DNA of 11,869 bases from Chthonomonadales bacterium. GTDB lineage: Bacteria; Armatimonadota; Chthonomonadetes; Chthonomonadales; CAJBBX01. Every line of letters begins with the position of its first letter. Within the stretch, counting starts at the first letter, position 1. Under the pieces are notes generated by a model. That model was not told where the DNA came from, did not search any database, and was given only the letters and a program-made list of their open reading frames with translations. Shown here in pieces: positions 1 to 6,746 of this stretch. The translations under genes and the position numbers were made by a program. The stretch is taken from NCBI GenBank assembly GCA_049967475.1, contig JBMFSQ010000049.1, positions 1 to 11,869 of the forward strand. Reading direction: 5' to 3'.

Positions 1-91
1 GGCGAGCAGGGAACGGCGAATAGCGAGCGGTCTCGCGGCGCCGGCGCGGTGGGCTTTACCGGATCGTGCAATCCTGAGCGGACGAAGTGAT

Positions 92-117
92 AATCATACA
101 ATATTATTAGTACGATT
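92..117. promoter_or_regulatory. AT-rich imperfect dyad, candidate dimeric regulator or enhancer-binding-protein site
   Basis: AATCATAC-N10-GTACGATT (arms complementary at 7/8), flanked by AAGTGAT (85-91) / ATTACTT (122-128). Positions 90-130 have only 7 G/C in 41 nt in an otherwise GC-rich window. It lies ~165-190 bp upstream of the sigma54 -24 element. Function is inferred. Confidence 0.35.
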
Positions 118-208
118 CTATATTACTTATGGAGTCCACCGATGGACCTGTTCCCCAATAAGGGCAAGGGGCACCCGAAGACAAGAAGGGGAAACAGAGT
201 ATTTGAGC

Positions 209-228
209 GCCCGGCATAACTGCCGGGC
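209..228. repeat. Perfect 8-bp inverted repeat upstream of the sigma54 promoter
   Basis: GCCCGGCA-TAAC-TGCCGGGC, seen directly; role unknown. Confidence 0.55.
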
Positions 229-278
229 AAATCCCAAACCGCCCAGCCGTTTTGCCGGAATTCGGGCCTCGATGGTGC

Positions 279-298
279 TTTGGCACGATTTGTGCGGT
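279..298 (+). promoter_or_regulatory. sigma54 (RpoN) -24/-12 promoter P1
   Basis: TTTGGCACGATTTGTGCGGT: GG(282-283)-N10-GC(294-295), close to the consensus TGGCACG-N4-TTGC. Correctly oriented ~120 nt upstream of the ATG at 414; a near-identical copy is at 8346-8365. Confidence 0.8.
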
Positions 299-413
299 GC
301 TCTCTTGTGGATGCCTTCCACCGGCTTGCAGCACGAGCGCCGATCAGGGAGGAAGCTCTGCAGCAGGCGTCACGAGCTGTGGCGCAGCAGAGAGCACCTA
401 CAGGAGGTACACA

Positions 414-2198
414 ATGAAAAACTCAGCGCCCCGACTGTTTGCTGTTGTGGCCGCAGCAGTCCTCGGCTTGATGTTTCTGCCCCGGAACCTCAACGCCCAG
501 GGCGACTGCGTCGTGGTCATTAACCCATGCAATTTACAATGTCGCAACCTAAGGCCCCTCAATCAGGACCCGCCCCCGCCATTGCCCACCTTCTACGGCA
601 TTTGCAGTCTTGCCGGACCCAGCCTACCTTCGCCGCCGGCTCCGCCCCAGCCCTCATTGCCGCCACCCAGCGGCACCGGGAGCCTCTACCTAGACACCAA
701 CGACGACGGCTACCAACAGGTGACGGCTACGGTTGTGGAATACGCCCCCTACAACCAGAATATGAACCCGCCGTTCAATGTCTACCCTAGCCCGGTCAAC
801 CCGGCTACAGAACCGCTGCTCTCAACGCTTACCGCCCTAAGCTACTACACTGACGCCACCATCTCAACCAACGGCGCGCAGATCCCCTACCTCATCGTGA
901 ATGTGGACGTAAACGGGGACGGCATCTTCAATCCCGGTCAATACGCCACAGACAGCAACGGCAATCTCATTCTCGACAGTTGGGGCAACCCCATCTGGAT
1001 CCCCGGGGAGGATGATCAGCTCTACTTCGAGCCGGTCTACCAGAACCCATGGGACGGCAACCCTGCCCTGCCGAACCAGGGCTTCATCCAATGGAATGTG
1101 TGGCAAAAGTGGGATGCGGGTGCCGGCGGCTGGTGGTCCCTGAATTACAAGCAGATCGCTTCACCGGGTGCGCACCAGGATCCGCCATCGCCGTTCAACA
1201 TGGGAGTGCAATCCCTCCAAACCATCCTTGCCGGATATAGCGGATTAGGAGCCGCTTCACCGCGCATCGCCGGCATCTACGTAGCCGTAGGAGGCGTCGG
1301 CGGCCCGGATCCGTCCATCGGCTACCCGGGAGATCGCGTCGCCGGATATGTGGACGCTGTGCTTGTTGGATTGGCTTCCTGCAACACCCTGTACGATTAC
1401 GAGGACAAGATCTACGGGAATGTCGGCGGACGCCTCTTCTGGGACAAGAATAACGACGGCGTGTTCAACAATACCGACGTTCCACTAGCCGGGCAAACCG
1501 TACAGCTTTATTCTGGATCAACGCTCGTGGCGACGGCTGTAACCGATGCTCAGGGGATGTACTCCTTCGCCAACATTGCTGCGGGTAATTACACGGTTCA
1601 GGCGCCGGCGACGGTGCAGGTGAACTCGTGCACGTCCGTTACGACCTCCAACTCTACGGCGGCCGTGACGGTGTCCTGCGGCACCGCATCAGCCGACTTC
1701 CCCTATATCAAGCAGGGAAAGGGACCCACGAGGACATGGGGTTTCTGGAAGACGCATTTGAAGACCTTCGCGAAGGTGTGGGCTGCAGGATGCGAAAACC
1801 TTGGCATTCTCAGCTCTTCTTGCGGGCCCGTGGACCTCACCCACCCAACACTGGGCCAACTGGAAGCGATCTTCTGGACATCCCCCGGAAGCCAAAGCTC
1901 CCTCGGTCAGGCACGCCTCATTCTGGCCCATCAGCTCATCGCAGCCATGGCCAATTCCTGCTATCTCGGAACGAGTACTGCCCAGAACGGCTATGGAGCG
2001 AACCTCATCGCCGCCTCCGTAGCTGCTCTGGACGGCACCGACACGTCTTTGATGCTCAACCTGGCGGCGCAACTGGACGGCTATAACCAGAGTGGAGACG
2101 AGATCCCGTTCCCGTCGGGCCTCTCTGAAGGTCCATCCGATCCGAAGGGCGCAAAGAAGCTTGCCGATTGGGGCGGCGCCTATTGCGCCTTCAAGTAA
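414..2198 (+). CDS. Secreted multidomain surface protein (594 aa): signal peptide, Pro-rich segment, uncharacterised beta-rich domain, SdrD-B-like domain, C-terminal 'GFWKTH' domain
   Basis: RBS AGGAGG (402-407) precedes ATG 414, so the ORF-track start at 252 is too early. Sec signal MKNSAPRLFAVVAAAVLGLMFLPRNLNA-QG. SdrD-B/Cna-B-like signature GNVGGRLFWDKNNDG..PLAGQTVQLY..TAVTDAQGMYSFANIAAGNYTV (~1416-1707). Several Dx[DN]xDG loops. C-terminal TWGFWKTH..LAHQLIAAMAN..LDGYNQSG. Confidence 0.88.
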   Translation: MKNSAPRLFAVVAAAVLGLMFLPRNLNAQGDCVVVINPCNLQCRNLRPLNQDPPPPLPTFYGICSLAGPSLPSPPAPPQPSLPPPSGTGSLYLDTNDDGYQQVTATVVEYAPYNQNMNPPFNVYPSPVNPATEPLLSTLTALSYYTDATISTNGAQIPYLIVNVDVNGDGIFNPGQYATDSNGNLILDSWGNPIWIPGEDDQLYFEPVYQNPWDGNPALPNQGFIQWNVWQKWDAGAGGWWSLNYKQIASPGAHQDPPSPFNMGVQSLQTILAGYSGLGAASPRIAGIYVAVGGVGGPDPSIGYPGDRVAGYVDAVLVGLASCNTLYDYEDKIYGNVGGRLFWDKNNDGVFNNTDVPLAGQTVQLYSGSTLVATAVTDAQGMYSFANIAAGNYTVQAPATVQVNSCTSVTTSNSTAAVTVSCGTASADFPYIKQGKGPTRTWGFWKTHLKTFAKVWAAGCENLGILSSSCGPVDLTHPTLGQLEAIFWTSPGSQSSLGQARLILAHQLIAAMANSCYLGTSTAQNGYGANLIAASVAALDGTDTSLMLNLAAQLDGYNQSGDEIPFPSGLSEGPSDPKGAKKLADWGGAYCAFK

Positions 2199-2208
2199 GG
2201 CCGAAATC

Positions 2209-2245
2209 GGAGCCCAGGGGTCCCGACGTAAGGCTCCTGGGCTCC
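2209..2245 (+). terminator. Strong GC-rich hairpin after the first gene (terminator-like or 3'-stabilising; no U-tract)
   Basis: GGAGCCCAGG (2209-2218) pairs perfectly with CCTGGGCTCC (2236-2245), extendable to 14 bp with G-U pairs. It starts 11 nt after the TAA and is followed by AGGCCC rather than poly-T. Confidence 0.55.
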
Positions 2246-2283
2246 AGGCCCTCCCACGAATTTCTCCCCTGCCGCCGTCACGG

Positions 2284-2332
2284 TTGATTTATCCGGCCTA
2301 CTGCCGGTAAAGTATCGGGCACATTGCGCAAT
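2284..2332 (+). promoter_or_regulatory. Possible sigma70-type promoter with downstream palindromic operator
   Basis: TTGATT (2284-2289)-N18-TAAAGT (2308-2313), then the perfect palindrome ATTGCGCAAT (2323-2332). Confidence 0.3.
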
Positions 2333-2356
2333 CACAGCGGACATCCCGAACAGTCC

Positions 2357-5300
2357 ATGCGGTCCAGCCCATTCACACAACGAAGCAACCGGCCGGCTAT
2401 ACCACCCGTAATTTGCAGGAGGATGGCGCGTGTCGCCGCGGTTTTGGCCCTAATCTTGGCCGCTACCGCCGGCAGGGCTGCACCTCCCGCAAACGAAGCC
2501 GCCTTTCGTGCCCTCCCGAACCTCCTCCAGAACCCAAGCTTCGAGATGGATTGGATGCATAATCTCGTCACTGTGCGCACACGCTTCCTCCTTCTGGAGC
2601 AGAGCGACTGGGGATACGGTCAAAGTGACGGTCAGCCGGATTGCTGGGTCCTGCCTGAAGATGCCCGGCGGGACACAACCACGGCCCGCTTCGGCTCCGC
2701 ATCCCTGCGCATAACAGGTTCCGCATGGCAAGTGGTGTATCTATGCGGTGAGACCGACCCCAGAGCCGGAGGAGCCTATTACAACCCGTTCCGCCCCCTC
2801 CCGGCGAACCTTCTAAAACACGTCCACCTGGGCTCCCTTCGGTTCGGCGCCTGGTGCAAAACGCAATATTGCTGGCAAAAACCGCAATTTACGGTAACCG
2901 TCGAGTTTTCCAATGGCATCAAGACAACCCCAGTCACCCTTACAGCGCCGTTCGATGCCGGCACCCACGATTGGCAATATCAGGAGATCGTGGTGCCTCC
3001 CCACCCAGAGCTGGGCGTTGCCCACGCCGCAGTGTTCAAACTCACTCACGAAGGCCGGGGTACAGCCTGGTTCGATGGATGCTCCGCTGTAGAGGCGCCG
3101 CCCCCCACCGATCCCAACCTTCTTCCGCCCGACGCCTTTCGCACATCCCCCGATGGAACGCTTCACCCCGTGCTTTGGACCTGGAGCCGCAGCACCTACT
3201 ACCGCTTCACGGGGTGGTCCCACGAAAACGGATCTATGCTGGGCGGTGCTGCGTGGGTGCCTGCCGGCTACACGAGCGGCCGGGTGATCCAACTTACGGT
3301 TCTGCCGGGAGATAATCTCGCCGTTACAAGCAAACCCGTGTCCATCAATCAGAGCGAACCGCGAGCCCTGCGCATAAGCGCCTGGGTCTGGGCAGACAAT
3401 CTGCGCTGGTTGGAAATCATGGCGCGTGACGAGCATGGCGAGTGGATCCCACAAGAAGACTTCGCGGGCGCGATGGGTACGGATCAGGAATACCGCAACC
3501 GCCTCATCGGCGCCGGTTCCCACGACTGGGAATACGTTACCAAGTGGTTTGCGCCTCGGCGGCCGGTGAAGCAGCTCACCCTCTGGCTGTGTGCCCGCGG
3601 CTTCGACGGCACCTTGATGGATCGCCCCATTGCCGGTGTCGTCCGCTTCGACGGGGTTGAACTCACCGAGCCGGGAACCCCTCGCAGCATCTTAGCCAAA
3701 CGAGGCCTAGCCATCCAGCGATCTGAAGGCCGGACCTCACGGGGCATTCGGGTGGTCCGCATGGACCTGGGAGAGCGTCTATGGGGAACCAATGACGTTC
3801 GCCTGATCCTGCATAACGATGGAACGGCCCCAGCGCACTTCGGCCCCAACCTGCCCGTCCGCACCCCCGACGGCAAAGTCGTGTACGCCCAAGGCGCCGC
3901 AATCCGCATCCCCCCAGGCGGGGAAGCTGTCTATAATGGGCAGTATTTCATTACGAGCAGTACCACCGGCACCCGCCATTATACGCTCGGGGGCCCGGCC
4001 CCGGTTGACTTCACCGTCCCGCCGCCCCTCATCCTCCGCATCAACCAGCTCTACGTCTACTCCGACGACGCGCTTGCCGTAGGCATCCAAGTCAACATTA
4101 GCCGCCGAAGCCTCTCTGCCTTGGGATCCCTCCGCGTGGTTGTGGCGTATCCCGGCGGCCAGAGAGCGGTCAAGGAGTTTCCGCACCCTGCAGCGGCATT
4201 CTGGACCCCGGATCGGCCCAGACCCGCCATGCTCGCCGACGGATACGTGTCTGCAGCCAACCTCATCGCCTTCAATGTGGACCGCGCCGGGCTGCCTGTT
4301 CACCCCTTCACGGATCCTGTACGAGACTGCATTGTGGAAGCAGTGATAGCCGACCGAAGCGGCCGCACGATTGCCAGGGCTTCCAGCGAGCGGTTCGGAT
4401 TTCTGCACCGTCCGAGGCCCGCGTCCGCGCCGGCCAGCATCCACCGCACATCCATCGCACCCGATGGCGCTGTGATGGTAGACGGCCGTCCCTACATCTT
4501 CAATTGCTTCCCCACAGATCCCACGGACCTTGGGGTTGCATCGGCTACGATGAATTTCCCCAAAGAATGGATCATTCAGGCGATCCCGTTCCCGGGCGAT
4601 CTCATCATCCCGCCGGGCACCGAGCGTGAATGGCATTCGAAGATTCGCGATTTCGTCATGAAGCGCCGGCACGATCCCCATCTCTTCGGATGGCGCTTCG
4701 CCCACGACGGCGAGATCACTTTCTGGAACCGCAACTGGCGCGAAGTGGCCGCATCCGAACGCAAAGCAGCAGAATGGGTTCGGGATGCAGATCCGAACCA
4801 TGTAATCCTTGGTGCGGGTTGGCTGCTTGGCCACCGGGCACTCACACCCGACACGGCGCGCGCTTTCGGCTTCCTCGACGTAGTGGAGACGGAGATGGGG
4901 TTGACATGGATCCCAAATGCCGAAGCTGCCCGCAGGGATGCCGGGCGAAGCTTCTGCGTGGTAGCAGGTATGGAGTGCTACTATACGCAGTCTGCCGAGA
5001 TGATCCGATGGCGTATGTACCGGGCCATCATGGAAGGAGTAAACGGCATCGGCATCTGCCCGTCCGGCATGCTTGCAGCGAAGCCGGAACTCGTGAGCCT
5101 GCTGCGAGGATTGCACGCCGAAGTCGAAGCAATCAGGCCCTTCCTCGCAGGCGCCCTCCCGCTCCACGCGTCATCCGGTAATCCGGCAGTGTCTGTATGG
5201 GCCAAGCGCACAGGCAATGAAATCCTCGTAGTCGCAGCGCGTACTTCGAGCGCAGGTCCTCTCGCAGGCACGATTACCGTACCATCGGCGGAGGGTACTG

Positions 5301-5413
5301 CGGACGTCCTATTCGAAGGCCGCAACCTGCCTGTGCGAGGCGGCAAGATCACGGACGAGTGGAAGGGTCCCTATGCAGTGCATGTGTACCGGCTAAAGGT
5401 GCACTCCCGATGA
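2357..5413 (+). CDS. Large secreted carbohydrate-binding / glycoside-hydrolase-like protein (~1000 aa)
   Basis: Long ORF with signal peptide ..RRMARVAAVLALILAATAGRA-A; start uncertain (ATG 2357 or 2423). Two CBM4/9-like modules: NLLQNPSFE..ARFGSASLRITG..GTHDWQY..GTAWFDG and NLLP..GSHDWEY..GVVRFDGVEL. C-terminal barrel-like region with VMVDGRPY, HDPHLFGW, VRDADPNH and RWRMYRAIMEGVNGI, ending in a beta-rich domain ..PYAVHVYRL. The coding call is strong; the family call is tentative. Confidence 0.85.
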   Translation: MRSSPFTQRSNRPAIPPVICRRMARVAAVLALILAATAGRAAPPANEAAFRALPNLLQNPSFEMDWMHNLVTVRTRFLLLEQSDWGYGQSDGQPDCWVLPEDARRDTTTARFGSASLRITGSAWQVVYLCGETDPRAGGAYYNPFRPLPANLLKHVHLGSLRFGAWCKTQYCWQKPQFTVTVEFSNGIKTTPVTLTAPFDAGTHDWQYQEIVVPPHPELGVAHAAVFKLTHEGRGTAWFDGCSAVEAPPPTDPNLLPPDAFRTSPDGTLHPVLWTWSRSTYYRFTGWSHENGSMLGGAAWVPAGYTSGRVIQLTVLPGDNLAVTSKPVSINQSEPRALRISAWVWADNLRWLEIMARDEHGEWIPQEDFAGAMGTDQEYRNRLIGAGSHDWEYVTKWFAPRRPVKQLTLWLCARGFDGTLMDRPIAGVVRFDGVELTEPGTPRSILAKRGLAIQRSEGRTSRGIRVVRMDLGERLWGTNDVRLILHNDGTAPAHFGPNLPVRTPDGKVVYAQGAAIRIPPGGEAVYNGQYFITSSTTGTRHYTLGGPAPVDFTVPPPLILRINQLYVYSDDALAVGIQVNISRRSLSALGSLRVVVAYPGGQRAVKEFPHPAAAFWTPDRPRPAMLADGYVSAANLIAFNVDRAGLPVHPFTDPVRDCIVEAVIADRSGRTIARASSERFGFLHRPRPASAPASIHRTSIAPDGAVMVDGRPYIFNCFPTDPTDLGVASATMNFPKEWIIQAIPFPGDLIIPPGTEREWHSKIRDFVMKRRHDPHLFGWRFAHDGEITFWNRNWREVAASERKAAEWVRDADPNHVILGAGWLLGHRALTPDTARAFGFLDVVETEMGLTWIPNAEAARRDAGRSFCVVAGMECYYTQSAEMIRWRMYRAIMEGVNGIGICPSGMLAAKPELVSLLRGLHAEVEAIRPFLAGALPLHASSGNPAVSVWAKRTGNEILVVAARTSSAGPLAGTITVPSAEGTADVLFEGRNLPVRGGKITDEWKGPYAVHVYRLKVHSR

Positions 5414-6102
5414 ACCGCTCGGACCTGCACTATCCCGTGATTGACCCGTGGGAGCCGCGAAGCGGCCGCCGCCGGTCGCATCGGCGACGGCCTTCCCAAG
5501 CGAGCAGATGGGTCAAGCTCGGCCTGACGGTCATTCTTGCCGTAGTGGCGGCATTGCTGACCCTCATCCTCATCCCCCCTGCACCTCCGGAGCCCGCGTC
5601 GCCCCAGGAGGAAGCTCGCGTCGAGCAGCACGTAGCCGAGATCAAGCACGAAGTGGAAGCAGCCCACGCGGACGCAGAAAAGGGACGGCCCCACCCCTTC
5701 ACCATTCGCATGACGGAACGGGAACTTAATACCTTCCTCGCCACCAATCCTCAAGCCCAAGAGATCCTATACGCCAAGGAGATCGAGAGGGCCTTCGTCC
5801 GTATCAAAGGCCATACCATCCGCGCAACAGCTACCCGGGATATGCATGGCGTTCCGGTGTCCGTCACTGCACAGATCCGCCCAATCCTCAAGCCGGACCA
5901 CACGCTCGGTTTCGCCATAGATGCCATTGATGTGGGCCGCCTTGGGCTTCCAGAGGGGGTTACGCGCCAAGCGGCACAGCAGATCGTGCGGGCATTGGCG
6001 GCCAAGGCGGCAGACCCGCTCCTGAAATACAACGAGGTGCGGGTGGAGCACGGCGCCATCACCCTGGTGGGTGACACGCGCGAACCCCCTCCAGGGCATT
6101 AG
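5410..6102 (+). CDS. Single-pass membrane-anchored hypothetical protein (230 aa), possibly DUF2140/YpmS- or LmeA-like lipid-binding fold
   Basis: ATGA overlap with the upstream stop (ATG 5410-5412, TGA 5411-5413). Arg-rich N-terminus, then TM helix LGLTVILAVVAALLTLILI and a Pro linker. FTIRMTERELNTFLA..IDVGRLGLP..VRVEHGAITLVG resembles that family from memory. Confidence 0.75.
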   Translation: MNRSDLHYPVIDPWEPRSGRRRSHRRRPSQASRWVKLGLTVILAVVAALLTLILIPPAPPEPASPQEEARVEQHVAEIKHEVEAAHADAEKGRPHPFTIRMTERELNTFLATNPQAQEILYAKEIERAFVRIKGHTIRATATRDMHGVPVSVTAQIRPILKPDHTLGFAIDAIDVGRLGLPEGVTRQAAQQIVRALAAKAADPLLKYNEVRVEHGAITLVGDTREPPPGH

Positions 6103-6746
6103 CCCCCGCCCTGATCCCTTCCTCCATAGGACCGGATCAGGTCTGCCAGGGGGCCGCTGCCGCGCTCCAGGGCGATATGGAGAGGGGTAAATCCACGGTC
6201 ATCCACAGCATTCACGTCTGCGCCGCTCTCCAACAGGATGCGGGCTGTGGCCAAATCGTTCTGTTCCACTGCTTGGTGGAGGGCCGTTTTCTGTCCCGCC
6301 CCAAGTGCATTGAGGTCCGCGCCGTTTTCAATGAGGAGCCGGACCACGTCCGGGTGGCGTCCCAAGGCAGCCCAGTGGAGCGGCGTCCAGTCGCTGCTCA
6401 CACCGGTTCGGCCGGCATCTGCGCGCACACCAGCCTTCAGGAGCAACTTCACGACGGCCACCTGCCCTTTGTATGCTGCCAACTGCATCGGCGAGAAGGT
6501 GGCATAGTCTGCGCGCGCGAGCCGGCGATCTGCACGAAGCATGGCCCGTACTCGTGAAACGTCTCCTGCAGCGATAGCGTGGTGAAACTCTTCGATCGCT
6601 GCCGATGGCGGAGCGCCTGCTGCTGGCGATTGGTGCGCCGCGGGTGGCGACGGAGGAGGCGGCGCCGGGGCAGGCCGCCCGCATCCCGCCAAACAGCATG
6701 CGGCGCCGACAACCAAAACAAGGATCACCCGTTGTGTCGGAACCAT
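6099..6746 (-). CDS. Ankyrin-repeat lipoprotein (215 aa)
   Basis: Lipobox LAGC (Cys22) after a hydrophobic stretch, then a Pro/Ala linker. About 5 ankyrin repeats: FSPMQLAAYKGQ, WTPLHWAALGRHPDVVRLLIENGADLN, KTALHQAVEQND..GADVNAVDDRG, FTPLHIA. Purine-rich RBS AAGGGGGAAGG before the ATG. Confidence 0.92.
   Translation of the reverse strand: MVPTQRVILVLVVGAACCLAGCGRPAPAPPPPSPPAAHQSPAAGAPPSAAIEEFHHAIAAGDVSRVRAMLRADRRLARADYATFSPMQLAAYKGQVAVVKLLLKAGVRADAGRTGVSSDWTPLHWAALGRHPDVVRLLIENGADLNALGAGQKTALHQAVEQNDLATARILLESGADVNAVDDRGFTPLHIALERGSGPLADLIRSYGGRDQGGG

Noticed and set aside
1..90. Possible end or start of a flanking gene
   Set aside because: Frames are open on both strands, but too little sequence is visible to choose one.
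252..413. N-terminal 54 codons of the ORF-track 648-aa protein
   Set aside because: They overlap the sigma54 promoter; the AGGAGG RBS and signal peptide point to ATG 414.
2100..2198. PEP-CTERM or LPXTG sorting signal on the secreted protein
   Set aside because: The C-terminus (..GAKKLADWGGAYCAFK) has no PEP or LPXTG motif, TM helix or basic tail.
2316..2330. GGGCACATTGC as a third sigma54 site (also GGGCACAATAGGTTTGC on the minus strand near 8072-8088)
   Set aside because: Only a weak fit: no TGGCAC half-site, and the TTGC is at the wrong distance from the GG for a -24/-12 promoter.
3779..5167. 462-aa minus-strand ORF and other long antisense or alternate-frame ORFs (2813-3523, 6779-7513, 10184-10798, 10396-11598, 11084-11839)
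   Set aside because: Shadow ORFs over well-supported genes in GC-rich DNA, with no recognisable motifs.
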